Counted from the first letter of the stretch, positions 26,716 through 36,756 are shown. The stretch is 46,264 nucleotides of DNA from an uncultured Muribaculaceae bacterium (GCA_964389735.1 CAYMEJ010000001.1:7732-53995); one strand, 5' to 3'. Translations and numbers: made by a program. The notes: a model not told the origin generated them from the letters alone.

Positions 26716-27847
26716 TCTTTCTTGGAATATAGATGATTTAAAAAGAAGAAGATTAAAACTATTTAAATTATTATTAAATAAAAATATTCCTAATGATAAT
26801 GTATATGATAATATAGCAAATTATAATGATTTGATAGAAACATATTATAATAAAGTTTTTAAGAAAGACGAAATGAGTAAAGAAGATTTAATATGTTGTA
26901 GAGAAGGTTTTGTTGATGATTATTGTTATATTAATAATGATTTATTGACTATTACAAATGATATTTATAAAAAAAATTATAAAGTTTTTGAGGAATTATT
27001 TAGAGAAGATTTTGGTTTTAGTATTTGTGATTTTTCAATAGATGATATTATTGAAATGACTTATGCTTTTTTTAAATCACTTGGTGATAAGGAATTATAT
27101 GATCAATTTGAAAGATTAATTGATCCTAATAAACATTTAATTCATATTAGAGATTTTGTTGATGAAGATTATGAATATGGTTTTACTGTTATTGATGATA
27201 TTAATATGATTCCATATTCAGTTATTAATAGAGATCATACTATTAATGATTTATTTACACTACCACATGAAATAATGCATATGATTTTTATGTTGAAATT
27301 ACCTTGTATTAAGGAAAACTCAGAATATTTTTATTTAAAAGAAACTGAAGGAATATTTTGTGATTATGCTTATTTAAATTTTTTGGAAGAAAATGCTAAA
27401 AAATTAAAATTAGGTGAAAATGCTGATTTGTTATCAATAAAAGAAAATTCTTTGTCAATATTAGATAATTGTTTGGATAGTTTATATATTGGTAAAATAA
27501 TGACTGATTCCTTTACAGTTGATAGTGATTTTGATAGAGATATGGTTAATACTAAATTAAAGGAAGATGGTGTTGATTTAGATATAGATGATATCTTTGA
27601 TACTTATGCTAATGAAGATCCTTCTTATAATATGCAAACTGCATTATCAACTTTAAGTACTCTTGACTTGTTTGATTATTATAAAAAAGATAAAGAAAAA
27701 GGATTATATCTACTTAAAAAATTAAGATATAATTATTATGATAAGTGTTTTGATGCTTTTGATAGTACAGGAATTACTTTTCATAAAGATGGATATAAAA
27801 ACTTAACTAAAGAATTAGATAAAGTAAAAAGTCTTAGAATTAACTAA
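26699..27847 (+). CDS. short PepF/M3-like HExxH metallopeptidase homolog (paralog B)
   Basis: LSWNIDDL, HEIMHM and KETEG are colinear with paralog A (FFKSLGDKELYDQF...PNKHLIHI versus FYKSIGDKTIYDKF...PKKHLINI). The start is either the ATG at 26699 or the TTG at 26708, overlapping gene A. Confidence 0.5.
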   Translation: MVLLDNLSWNIDDLKRRRLKLFKLLLNKNIPNDNVYDNIANYNDLIETYYNKVFKKDEMSKEDLICCREGFVDDYCYINNDLLTITNDIYKKNYKVFEELFREDFGFSICDFSIDDIIEMTYAFFKSLGDKELYDQFERLIDPNKHLIHIRDFVDEDYEYGFTVIDDINMIPYSVINRDHTINDLFTLPHEIMHMIFMLKLPCIKENSEYFYLKETEGIFCDYAYLNFLEENAKKLKLGENADLLSIKENSLSILDNCLDSLYIGKIMTDSFTVDSDFDRDMVNTKLKEDGVDLDIDDIFDTYANEDPSYNMQTALSTLSTLDLFDYYKKDKEKGLYLLKKLRYNYYDKCFDAFDSTGITFHKDGYKNLTKELDKVKSLRIN

Positions 27848-27857
27848 GACTTTTTTT
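27827..27857. terminator. bidirectional rho-independent terminator between the M3-like cassette and ftsK
   Basis: aaaagtcttag-aattaa-ctaagactttt, flanked by T7 on plus and by A-run complements on minus. Confidence 0.65.
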
Positions 27858-30111
27858 ATTCTTCATCTTCTTCGTCTAACTTGACTAGTACTTCTCTTGG
27901 TTTAGATCCATTAGCAGGTCCGATTATTCCTCGTTCTTCTAACAAGTCTATAATTCTTGCTGCTCGATTATATCCTAGACGATATTTTCTTTGTAATAAT
28001 GATGCACTTATTTTACCACTCATTATTGTAAATTCTACTATTTCATTATATAAAGGATCATCATATTCTTCTTTTGCATTTTTTACATCTGATAGACCCA
28101 TTCTTCCATCATCCTCATGTTGTTCTTGACCTAAGTTTAAGAATCTTTCATCATATTGAGCTTTTTGTTGAGTTACTGTGTAATCTACTATTTTTTGTAA
28201 ATCCTCATCTGATACATATGCACCTTGTACACGAACAGGAGCATTTTCTCCCATTGGTAAGAATAACATATCACCCTTACCTAATAATTTTTCTGCACCA
28301 CTCATATCTAATATAGTTCTTGAGTCAATATTAGATGATACTGCAAAAGATATACGTGAAGGTATATTAGCCTTTACTACACCTGTAATTACATCTGTAG
28401 AAGGTCTTTGTGTTGCTACTATTAAATGTATTCCTGCAGCACGTGCCATTTGTGTAATTCTCATGATTGAATCTTCAACTTCTTTACTTGCAACCATCAT
28501 TAAGTCAGCAAGTTCGTCTACAATAACAACTATATAACTCATATGATTTTTATGTTCACTTTCAGGAAGTTTTTCGTTTTGTTTATCTACCCATTCATTA
28601 TATGTAGTAATATTTTTAACACCTTTATCACTAAAGATATCATATCTATCTTCCATTTCTCTAACTATTCTTTTTAAAGCATCACTTGCTTTTTTTGGAT
28701 CAGTTACAACTGGTATTAATAAGTGTGGTATTCCATTATACATTGAAAGTTCTACTTTTTTTGGATCAACTAAAACTAATTTTACTTCATTTGGTTTAGT
28801 TCTCATTAAGATGGATGCTATTATACAGTTAATACAAACTGATTTACCACTACCAGTAGAACCTGCTACTAATAAGTGTGGGGTTTTATCTATTTCACAA
28901 TAAATACTATTACCCATTATATTTTTACCTAATGCTACTAGTAATTTACTATTATTTTTATTTTGTGGAATTGTTTCTAGTATTTCTCTTAATCCTACCA
29001 TTTGAGTAGTATCATTAGCAAGTTCAATACCTACTGTTGATTTACCAGGAATAGGTGCTTGAATACGAACATCTTTTTTAGCTAATGCTAAAGATATTTC
29101 TTTACTTAAACTTGTTATTTTACTAACTTTGGTACCTGATTTTATTTCTAGTTCATATTGTGTAACACTAGGACCAACATTTACTTCTACTACTTTACCA
29201 ATTATTCCAAAGTCTTTTAATACTCTTTCAAGTTTTTCAATATTATTTTCAATTGCTTCATTAGTATTACCTGCTTTTTTATTTTTATTTACTGCTAACA
29301 TATTAATACTTGGTAATTTATATTTAGTATTTGTAGGTATTATTTCATTACCTTCAAATTCTTCTTTATTTGTATTTTCTCCTTGATTTGGTTCTTCTTT
29401 CACATGTGTTAATTCATCAATACTATGAATTTTTATCTTATTACTTTCTTCTTCATCTGGAGTTGAATCATTTACTACTACTGCAGAAGCATGCATTTTA
29501 TTTTCTTTATTAAGTCTTTTTTCTTCTTTTCTTTGTTTTCTAGCATCTTTCTTTGCACTTAACCAATCTACTATTGAGAAACCAGTTACTGTAATAATTC
29601 CTGCTCCTATTAAGATAAATGCTACTATATAAGTTCCTTCTTTAGCAAATAATTGCATAAATAATACACTGAAAGCCGCTCCTATTATTCCTGCACCTTT
29701 AAGTGTTAGAGCACTTCCATTTGCTATATGAGAAAAGTTTGATATTAAGTTATCTACTGTTGATTCAATTACTTTCATAGTGTCATTAGAGTTTTCTAGA
29801 ACATAATTAATATGAGATAAAACCATTAATCCAATTACAATGACATAGAATCCTATCATTTTACCACTAAAGAAGTCTGGCCATTCTCTTTTTATTAATA
29901 AATATAATCCTAATATTAATAATAATAGTAATAATATTTGATATCCAGTTCCTACTAAGAACATAGCAAAAGATGCCCCTATTTCACCAACAATACCAAA
30001 AGGTTTTGGTACTATACTTAAAATAGTTACTATTATTAGAATTATTCCAACTAATTCTTCTTTATGATTAAAAGTCTTTTCACTACTTCTTCTTTTTTTC
30101 TTTTTTCCCAT
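27856..30111 (-). CDS. ftsK: DNA translocase FtsK/SpoIIIE
   Basis: N-terminal TM segments, a linker, Walker A GSTGSGKS and a C-terminal gamma winged-helix domain (LLQRKYRLGYNRAARIIDLLE). I prefer the start at MGKKKK, after GAGGTG. Confidence 0.9.
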   Translation of the reverse strand: MGKKKKRRSSEKTFNHKEELVGIILIIVTILSIVPKPFGIVGEIGASFAMFLVGTGYQILLLLLLILGLYLLIKREWPDFFSGKMIGFYVIVIGLMVLSHINYVLENSNDTMKVIESTVDNLISNFSHIANGSALTLKGAGIIGAAFSVLFMQLFAKEGTYIVAFILIGAGIITVTGFSIVDWLSAKKDARKQRKEEKRLNKENKMHASAVVVNDSTPDEEESNKIKIHSIDELTHVKEEPNQGENTNKEEFEGNEIIPTNTKYKLPSINMLAVNKNKKAGNTNEAIENNIEKLERVLKDFGIIGKVVEVNVGPSVTQYELEIKSGTKVSKITSLSKEISLALAKKDVRIQAPIPGKSTVGIELANDTTQMVGLREILETIPQNKNNSKLLVALGKNIMGNSIYCEIDKTPHLLVAGSTGSGKSVCINCIIASILMRTKPNEVKLVLVDPKKVELSMYNGIPHLLIPVVTDPKKASDALKRIVREMEDRYDIFSDKGVKNITTYNEWVDKQNEKLPESEHKNHMSYIVVIVDELADLMMVASKEVEDSIMRITQMARAAGIHLIVATQRPSTDVITGVVKANIPSRISFAVSSNIDSRTILDMSGAEKLLGKGDMLFLPMGENAPVRVQGAYVSDEDLQKIVDYTVTQQKAQYDERFLNLGQEQHEDDGRMGLSDVKNAKEEYDDPLYNEIVEFTIMSGKISASLLQRKYRLGYNRAARIIDLLEERGIIGPANGSKPREVLVKLDEEDEE

Positions 30112-30135
30112 ATGTCGACACCTCATTATATTTAC

Positions 30136-30144
30136 ATTATATCA
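30136..30144 (-). promoter_or_regulatory. extended -10 element TGATATAAT upstream of ftsK
   Basis: The minus strand reads tttGATATAATg between the ftsZ terminator and the ftsK RBS. Confidence 0.35.
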
Positions 30145-30164
30145 AATATACAAAAATATTTAAA

Positions 30165-30195
30165 TAAAAAAACACTAAATATTTATTTAGTGTTT
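30165..30195 (-). terminator. rho-independent terminator after ftsZ
   Basis: An 11-bp stem, aaacactaaat/atttagtgttt, is followed by a T run on the minus strand. Confidence 0.65.
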
Positions 30196-30204
30196 AAAAT
30201 CTTT

Positions 30205-31308
30205 TTAGAAATTTCTATTTTTTAAGAATGCTGGAACATCATCGTCATCATCGTCTTCTTCTTCATCTTCTTCAAAATCAATTATTTCTACTTCTTTTGG
30301 TGCTGCACGTCTAGTTGCTGTTTGAACATTATTATACAATGGTGTTGGTTCTTCTTCTTCTTTTTCGAATCCTGTTGCTATTACTGTAACAATGATTTCA
30401 TCATTTAAGTTTTCATTAATTACTGATCCAAATATAATATTAATATTTGTATTTGCTGCTGCTCTTACAACTTCTGCTGCTTGTTCAGCTTCAAATAATG
30501 TTAAGTTAACTCCACCAGTTACATTAATAATAGCATCTGTTGCACCGGAAATACTAGTTTCAAGAAGTGGACTAGAAACGGCTTGTTTAGCAGCTTCTAT
30601 TGCTCTATCTTCTCCCATACCAATACCAATACCAATTATTGCATTTCCAGAGTTTTGCATTACTGCTTTTACATCTGCAAAGTCAAGGTTAACTAACCCA
30701 ACTACTGCTATTAAATCTGAAATTGATTGTACACCTCTACGAAGTACATTATCTACTTCTTTGAATGCTTCTAACATTGGTGTAGTTTGATCAATAATTT
30801 CTCTTAATCTATCATTTGGAATAACTATTAATGTATCTACATGTTTCTTTAATTCTTCTAATCCTGCTAAAGCATTTTCCATTCTTTTCTTTCCTTCGAA
30901 ACCAAATGGTTTAGTAACTATTGCTACTGTTAATGCTCCTAAGCTTTGTGCTATTTCTGCTATTACTGGTGCAGCTCCTGTACCAGTTCCTCCACCCATT
31001 CCACATGTGATGAATACCATATCAGCACCTTTTAATGCTTCTTCTAATTCTTTCTTTGATTCAACTGCTGCTTCACGTCCTATTTCTGGTTTTGCTCCTG
31101 CACCTAATCCATCAGTAAGTGATGCTCCAATTTGAATTTTTACGTCTGCTTTTGAGTTGTTTAATACTTGTAGGTCTGTGTTAGCAACTATGAATTCTAC
31201 ACCTTTAACTCCTGATTCTATCATTCTGTTAACAGCATTTCCTCCACCGCCACCGCAGCCTATTACCTTAATTTTTGCTAATTGATCTACTTCTAATCCG
31301 CCTAACAT
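30205..31308 (-). CDS. ftsZ: cell division protein FtsZ
   Basis: [11 protein letters not shown] and the [13 protein letters not shown] tubulin signature are present, with an acidic linker and the C-terminal peptide [11 protein letters not shown] prefer the start at MLGGLEV, after AAGGAGG. Confidence 0.95.
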   Translation of the reverse strand: MLGGLEVDQLAKIKVIGCGGGGGNAVNRMIESGVKGVEFIVANTDLQVLNNSKADVKIQIGASLTDGLGAGAKPEIGREAAVESKKELEEALKGADMVFITCGMGGGTGTGAAPVIAEIAQSLGALTVAIVTKPFGFEGKKRMENALAGLEELKKHVDTLIVIPNDRLREIIDQTTPMLEAFKEVDNVLRRGVQSISDLIAVVGLVNLDFADVKAVMQNSGNAIIGIGIGMGEDRAIEAAKQAVSSPLLETSISGATDAIINVTGGVNLTLFEAEQAAEVVRAAANTNINIIFGSVINENLNDEIIVTVIATGFEKEEEEPTPLYNNVQTATRRAAPKEVEIIDFEEDEEEDDDDDDVPAFLKNRNF

Positions 31309-31324
31309 ATAAATCCTCCTTATT

Positions 31325-32569
31325 TTACCTGTCAAAATCTTCTAAAACTTTACTAATGATTGTATCACTATTAAGATTTATCATTTTCTTTTTTGGTGAA
31401 ATCAATTCTTCTGATTTCTTTTCATTAAACATGGAATACGTTTTTCCTCTTAATTCTAATTTATTATAGAAATATTTATTTATACCCATAGCACTAGAAT
31501 ACATATTGTTTCTAATACCCATACTTGTCATATTTAAAGTATTGGCTATTCTTCCAAAAACGTTTTCAACTACATATTGAAAACCAGCTAACTCGCTAAT
31601 TCCCCCAGTTATTATTATATAACTAATTTCTCTATTTGTTAAGATATTTATTTGTTTTTTAGCAAATTTTAATAATTCTGTGACTCTAGCTTCTGTTATT
31701 TCTGCAATTTCTGATTGATTAATTGTTATTCTATCACCAAACTTGTTTGTTGTCTCTGTTATATCATTACTATCTGCATATTTTTTACTTGCCACTGCAA
31801 AATTTTCTTTTAAGGCTTTTGCTTTTCCTCTTTCTATTTTATACATAAATGATATGTCTTTGTCAACATATCTACTTCCAGTATCTATCTTTTCGTTCTT
31901 TATCATTATTCCTTTATTAAATATTGATACTTCTATACTTGAGTATCCTATATTTACAATTGCACCAACTTGTTTATCGTATTCTGGATTTTTTATTTGA
32001 TAATAGTCTCCTACAGCTCCCAAAGTGATATCTGTAACATCTATTTCTGCTTGTTTCATTACTGATAATATTGGTCTAATATTTATTTTAGGAATAGTGG
32101 TTAATACTGCTTTTACTCTTAATTCTTCTCCTTTAGCACCTCGTGGATTTTTAACACCTTCGTCATCATCTACATGGAATGCTATTGGAATAACTGTTAC
32201 TAGTTCTCTTCCTTCTGGAACTTGTCCTAACACTGCATCTTGTAATACTTTTATAATATCATTACCACTTACTATATTATCATCATTTAATATCTTTATT
32301 TCGCCTTGAACAATACTTATTTCCCTATCATCTGAAGGTACTGTTACAATAGCTTGGTCTATATTAATACCTAATTTCTTTTCTATATCTTTTTTTGCTT
32401 CTATTATTGATTCTAATGCTTCTTCTTCAGAAGTGATAAATCCTTTTTTAATTCCCTTTGATTTAATAGAAGTGCTAGCAAGTACATGAAACTCTTCATT
32501 TACTACTTCACTTACAACTATCTTAATTGAACTACTTCCAATATCAATACCAGTGTAAACTTTTTTCAT
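31325..32569 (-). CDS. ftsA: cell division protein FtsA
   Basis: Actin-like [10 protein letters not shown] is present. It is about 414 aa and sits immediately upstream of ftsZ. Confidence 0.9.
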   Translation of the reverse strand: MKKVYTGIDIGSSSIKIVVSEVVNEEFHVLASTSIKSKGIKKGFITSEEEALESIIEAKKDIEKKLGINIDQAIVTVPSDDREISIVQGEIKILNDDNIVSGNDIIKVLQDAVLGQVPEGRELVTVIPIAFHVDDDEGVKNPRGAKGEELRVKAVLTTIPKINIRPILSVMKQAEIDVTDITLGAVGDYYQIKNPEYDKQVGAIVNIGYSSIEVSIFNKGIMIKNEKIDTGSRYVDKDISFMYKIERGKAKALKENFAVASKKYADSNDITETTNKFGDRITINQSEIAEITEARVTELLKFAKKQINILTNREISYIIITGGISELAGFQYVVENVFGRIANTLNMTSMGIRNNMYSSAMGINKYFYNKLELRGKTYSMFNEKKSEELISPKKKMINLNSDTIISKVLEDFDR

Positions 32570-32629
32570 GGCTATCCTCTCCTATTAATATACATTATAC
32601 AATAAATATTTTTTATTGAAAAGAGTTTT

Positions 32630-32661
32630 TAATAAAAGAAAAAGAGGTATTACCTCTTTTC
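32630..32661 (-). terminator. rho-independent terminator after the Fic/Doc-like gene
   Basis: The minus strand reads aaaagaggta-ata-cctctttt followed by tctttt. The stop codon lies in the loop. Confidence 0.55.
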
Positions 32662-33453
32662 ATTTTCATTTATTAATTTTTTAATAAGTGGTTTATCTTC
32701 TTCATTAGGTATTTTATCCATATCTAGAATCATTTTTCTAGCTACTTCATAAATTCTAACATCACCATCTTTTAGTTCTGCAATAGGATCATCTAATTCA
32801 AATGAATCTCCTACTATATTTCTATATAAATTAATCATTATTTTAAATTCTTCATTTGATTTGTCTTTTAAGAAATTAGCAAAACCATCTACATCATAAT
32901 TATCTATGTATCCAAAGTATTCATCAGTATCTAAACCATTTATTACTACTGGTGCTCTATTTTGTTTACATAAATTATAATTAGTTAGTATTCTTGCTGT
33001 TCTTTTATTACCGTCTTCAAAAGGTTGAATTCTAACTAATTCAATATGAAATTTTGCTTCTTTTTCATATACTGGCATATCAAACCATATTTTATGATAT
33101 CCATTAAATAATGAATATATTGCTGGTGCTACATCTTTACCAGCTGGTGGAAAAAAGTTTTGTGCTCTTACAACTTCTACTTGTGTTCTTCTAAATCCCT
33201 TATCATAGAATCCTACATTCTTATTAACATCATCTGCTATATCTATTAAATCATATGGAGATATTTTTTCTGGATTAGCTGCTAATATATTATCAAAAGC
33301 ATTTAAATTATTAAACATTTCTTGTGTACGATTTGGATATAATATTTCTGTTTTACTATCTTCCATTTCCAAATTACCAATTGCTTGTCTCATTGCATAT
33401 AGTTGCATATATTTTTTATAAAATTCATCTTTTTTTAAGAATTCTGCAAACAT
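32650..33453 (-). CDS. Fic/Doc family protein with degenerate active-site motif (QPFEDGNKRTAR)
   Basis: FHIELVRIQPFEDGNKRTARIL aligns to the Fic core HxFx(D/E)GN(G/K)RxxR, with Gln (CAA) at the catalytic His position and a Doc-like NKRTA. RBS AAGAGGGG. Confidence 0.7.
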   Translation of the reverse strand: MFAEFLKKDEFYKKYMQLYAMRQAIGNLEMEDSKTEILYPNRTQEMFNNLNAFDNILAANPEKISPYDLIDIADDVNKNVGFYDKGFRRTQVEVVRAQNFFPPAGKDVAPAIYSLFNGYHKIWFDMPVYEKEAKFHIELVRIQPFEDGNKRTARILTNYNLCKQNRAPVVINGLDTDEYFGYIDNYDVDGFANFLKDKSNEEFKIMINLYRNIVGDSFELDDPIAELKDGDVRIYEVARKMILDMDKIPNEEDKPLIKKLINENEKR

Positions 33454-33479
33454 ACAATCAACCCCTCTTATTGGTGCAT

Positions 33480-33488
33480 ATTATACCA
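33480..33488 (-). promoter_or_regulatory. extended -10 element TGGTATAAT upstream of the Fic/Doc-like gene
   Basis: The minus strand reads ttttgTGGTATAATatg about 27 nt upstream of the ATG at 33453. Confidence 0.45.
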
Positions 33489-33496
33489 CAAAACAA

Positions 33497-33521
33497 GAAA
33501 AAAAGCAATCTTTATAAGATT
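33497..33521 (-). terminator. weak terminator-like hairpin after divIB
   Basis: The minus strand reads aatctt-ata-aagatt-g-cttttttt. The stem is only 6 bp and AT-rich. Confidence 0.3.
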
Positions 33522-34200
33522 ACTCTATTATTTCAAAGTGATTTCCATTATCTAAATTAAGAATTCCTTTTTTGCCTTCTAATTGTGGTACTACATCATC
33601 ATAGTAGTTTATTTGTTTCCATTTTGTAAGATTTAAATAAACACTATTACCATCATTCATATATAATAAAAATCTATCTGCATCTTTATCATTAGGAGTA
33701 TAAGTCATTTCTGATATTTTCTTTAATATTTCATCGTCTACTTTAAGCATTTTATTTATTAAAGTAGCATACTTATCATTTGGAACATAATTTAATAATG
33801 TTGGTACTTCAATATTTTCATTATTATCTAATTCTGTTAAATCTTCTAATACTAACTTATTATTTTCTTGTTTTCTAAGTAATACTTGATGTTCAATTAC
33901 TCTTATATGAACTTCTGCTAATAATTGTTTAGTTATTTTAACATCTTTTATATATGGATTTTTTAATATTTTCTTTTTCATTTTAGAAATGGATGTTGAT
34001 AAAAAAGATGGATAATCATCTATGCCTGCTAATTCTATTATTTCTTGATCAGTTACTATGTTATTATTAATTACATATATATTTTTTATTGGAATTTTTG
34101 TACATAACATAACGGCAAAATATCCTACTACTAGTAGGATTATAAATACAAATAAAGGTAACAATTTAATCTTTAATTTTTTCTTTACTTTTTTTGCCAT
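33520..34200 (-). CDS. divIB: cell division protein DivIB/FtsQ
   Basis: A basic N-terminus and a single TM segment are followed by a POTRA-like segment (IKNIYVINNNIVTDQEIIELAGI). It sits between murB and ftsA. Confidence 0.75.
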   Translation of the reverse strand: MAKKVKKKLKIKLLPLFVFIILLVVGYFAVMLCTKIPIKNIYVINNNIVTDQEIIELAGIDDYPSFLSTSISKMKKKILKNPYIKDVKITKQLLAEVHIRVIEHQVLLRKQENNKLVLEDLTELDNNENIEVPTLLNYVPNDKYATLINKMLKVDDEILKKISEMTYTPNDKDADRFLLYMNDGNSVYLNLTKWKQINYYDDVVPQLEGKKGILNLDNGNHFEIIE

Positions 34201-34207
34201 TATTTAT

Positions 34208-35128
34208 CTACTCCCAATTTACAAATTCTTGTTCTTCTTTTAATTCTATATCATATTCTTGTTTTACTGTTTCTTTAACAAAGTGAATTAAATCATAAAC
34301 ATCTTGGGCATTAGCATTACCAATATTTACTATGAAATTAGCATGTTTATTACTAATTTGTGCTCCACCCTTTATTAATCCTTTTAATCCTAAATCTTCT
34401 ATTAATTTACCTGCAAACATATCTTTAGGATTTCTAAATACACTACCTGCAGATGGGTATTCTAACGGTTGAGATTCTACTCTTCTTTTCTTTCTTTCAG
34501 TTATTACTTCTGATATTAAATCTTTATTTCCTTTTTGTAATTTGATAGTTGCTTGTAAACATATATATCCTTTATGTCTTTTTAAGAATGATGTTCTATA
34601 GTGGAAATCTAATTCTTTATTTACCATTGTAATTACTTTTAAATCTGGTGTTAATACTTGTACTTTTTTTACAACATAACCCATATCACTTTTATATGCT
34701 CCAGCATTCATATATACTGCACCACCAACAGTTCCTGGTATACCTGTTGCAAATTCTAAACCTGTTAGTCCTTCTCTTGCTGATTTTAATGCTGTTTTCA
34801 TTAAAGAAGCTCCTGCTCCTGCTGTTATTACATCTTTTTTGATTTCTATATCATCAAAGCAATCTAGTTTTATAATAATACCATCAAATTCTTTATCACT
34901 AAATATTACATTTGATCCATTACCTAAAACAAAATATTTAATATTTTTAATTTTAATATATTTAATTAATTCAACTAAATCTTCAATATTTTTTGGAAAT
35001 ATCATTACTTTTGCTGTTCCACCTATTTTATAAGTAGTATAGTTTTTTAGTACAACATTTTCTAAAATTTTACCTAGTTTCTTTTCTTTTAATTCTGTTA
35101 TCCAATTCTCCATAATGTTATTCTCCAT
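34208..35128 (-). CDS. murB: UDP-N-acetylenolpyruvoylglucosamine reductase MurB
   Basis: YTTYKIGG, GNGSN and a MurB C-terminal domain are present. An alternative start at 35113 (MENWIT) avoids overlap with murG. Confidence 0.88.
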   Translation of the reverse strand: MENNIMENWITELKEKKLGKILENVVLKNYTTYKIGGTAKVMIFPKNIEDLVELIKYIKIKNIKYFVLGNGSNVIFSDKEFDGIIIKLDCFDDIEIKKDVITAGAGASLMKTALKSAREGLTGLEFATGIPGTVGGAVYMNAGAYKSDMGYVVKKVQVLTPDLKVITMVNKELDFHYRTSFLKRHKGYICLQATIKLQKGNKDLISEVITERKKRRVESQPLEYPSAGSVFRNPKDMFAGKLIEDLGLKGLIKGGAQISNKHANFIVNIGNANAQDVYDLIHFVKETVKQEYDIELKEEQEFVNWE

Positions 35129-36200
35129 CTATTAATGTTTTTATTTTATTATATATTCTGGTTGCACTATCTTCTATTTTTAATTTAGAAGCCCCTTTTT
35201 TCATTTTATCATATAATTCTTTATTATTTAATATTTCATCTATTTTATTTATAAGAATATCACTAGTTAAATCTTTTTCTTCTATTATAAATGATGCATT
35301 ATTGTCTTCTAGTTCTTTTGCATTTAGATATTGATGATTATGTGTTACATAAGGACTTGGTATTAATATACTTGGTAATTCAATAGCAGTTATTTCACTA
35401 ATAATACTAGCACCTGCTCTTGATACTATTAAATCAGTATTTTTCATAAGTCCTAACATTTTATCAATATATGGAACAATATGAACATTATTTGCTAATT
35501 CAATTTTACTATATTCTTCATAGTAATCTTTTCCAGTAACAAATAATACTTCATATTCTTTATTATTAAATTTTGTTAATATTTCTTTAAATTTATTATT
35601 CATAGTAAGTGAACCTAATGAACCCATTACTATAACTACTAATTTTTTATGTTCATCTAATTTATATTCTGTTTTACTTAATGGTTTTTCTTTTATTGCT
35701 TCTTCGCTTCTAGGATTACCTGAAATAAATGTTTTCTTCTTTGGAAAGTATTTCATTGATCCTGGTAAAGATACTCCTATTGAATCAGCATATTTACTTA
35801 AATATCTATTAGATAATCCAGGTATGGAGTTTTGTTCATGAATAAATGTCTTATACCCCATTTTCTTTGCAGTTGAAATTACTGGGAATGTTACATATCC
35901 TCCTATACCTAATACAATGTCTGGATGAAATTTATTTAATTCTTCTTTTACTCTTTTTTTTGCTATATTTAATTTTTTAATTGTTTCAATATTTTTAAAT
36001 GGATTTTTTCTATTAAGTCCTTGTATTTCAATACCTACATATGGAATATTCATATTTGGTATCATAGTGGATTCCATACGATTAGTTGTACCAATATATA
36101 AAAATTTGCTATCTGGTTCCATCTCTTTTATCTTATTCATAATTGCAAGAGCTGGATATATATGACCACCAGTACCACCGGCACTTATTAAGACTTTCAT
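35118..36200 (-). CDS. murG: undecaprenyldiphospho-muramoylpentapeptide beta-N-acetylglucosaminyltransferase MurG
   Basis: The GGTGGHIYPALAI motif is present in a GT28 architecture. I prefer the start at MKVLIS (36200). Confidence 0.9.
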   Translation of the reverse strand: MKVLISAGGTGGHIYPALAIMNKIKEMEPDSKFLYIGTTNRMESTMIPNMNIPYVGIEIQGLNRKNPFKNIETIKKLNIAKKRVKEELNKFHPDIVLGIGGYVTFPVISTAKKMGYKTFIHEQNSIPGLSNRYLSKYADSIGVSLPGSMKYFPKKKTFISGNPRSEEAIKEKPLSKTEYKLDEHKKLVVIVMGSLGSLTMNNKFKEILTKFNNKEYEVLFVTGKDYYEEYSKIELANNVHIVPYIDKMLGLMKNTDLIVSRAGASIISEITAIELPSILIPSPYVTHNHQYLNAKELEDNNASFIIEEKDLTSDILINKIDEILNNKELYDKMKKGASKLKIEDSATRIYNKIKTLIDGE

Positions 36201-36318
36201 AATATCACATCCTAACAATGATTATATCATAATTATATGCTTAGTTTAAAGTAAAAATATATATATTTGACTTTTATTTTTTAAAGTGTTAACATTGTTT
36301 TAGTAGTAAAAATTAAGT

Positions 36319-36354
36319 TAGAAGTATTGTCATATGATAATACTTCTATTTTTT
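36319..36354 (+). promoter_or_regulatory. 30-bp near-perfect palindrome plus T6 (terminator/attenuator-like or operator) in the leader of the 36367 gene
   Basis: TAGAAGTATTGTCAT|ATGATAATACTTCTA has one G-T mismatch and is followed by TTTTTT, ending about 6 nt before the RBS AGGAGG. Confidence 0.4.
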
Positions 36355-36366
36355 ATAGGAGGAATT

Positions 36367-36756
36367 ATGAGTAAAATTAATACTTTTTATTTTGTACCTA
36401 AAGAATCCAGTATGCTTAACGATAATGATGTTATGATTTTTGTTAATAGAAATAATCTTATTGACATTGCAATACCTGCATTAGAAAAATATATGAATCC
36501 TTTAGAACATAAAGTTACGGAAGCACATAATGCTAGAATTAAATGGCCGTTTACTAAGATAGATGGTGATTTAAAGACAGATGATTTTAATTATTTATTA
36601 ACTTTACCTATTTTTGAGGTAAAACTTAATGAAAATTTTGGAATTATCGATATTGATTGTATAAATGATAAAAGTGATATTATATCTACTATGAGAGAAT
36701 ATATGAATAGAGAAAATAATATGAAAAGATTAGAAATAAAAAAAAGTGTTAAATAA
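36367..36756 (+). CDS. 129-aa soluble protein of unknown function
   Basis: The strong RBS ATAGGAGGAATT precedes the ATG at 36367. The tracked start at 36334 lies inside the leader palindrome. Confidence 0.55.
   Translation: MSKINTFYFVPKESSMLNDNDVMIFVNRNNLIDIAIPALEKYMNPLEHKVTEAHNARIKWPFTKIDGDLKTDDFNYLLTLPIFEVKLNENFGIIDIDCINDKSDIISTMREYMNRENNMKRLEIKKSVK

Noticed and set aside
25416-27857. The plus-strand M3-like cassette as a mobile element.
   Set aside because: I found no terminal inverted or direct repeats and no recombinase gene. The boundaries are an ordinary divergent promoter region and a shared terminator. I kept it only as a possible accessory insertion.
30215-30290. The acidic GAA/GAT-rich repeat at the 3' end of ftsZ as a DNA repeat feature.
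   Set aside because: It encodes the normal disordered acidic linker that precedes the conserved FtsZ C-terminal peptide.
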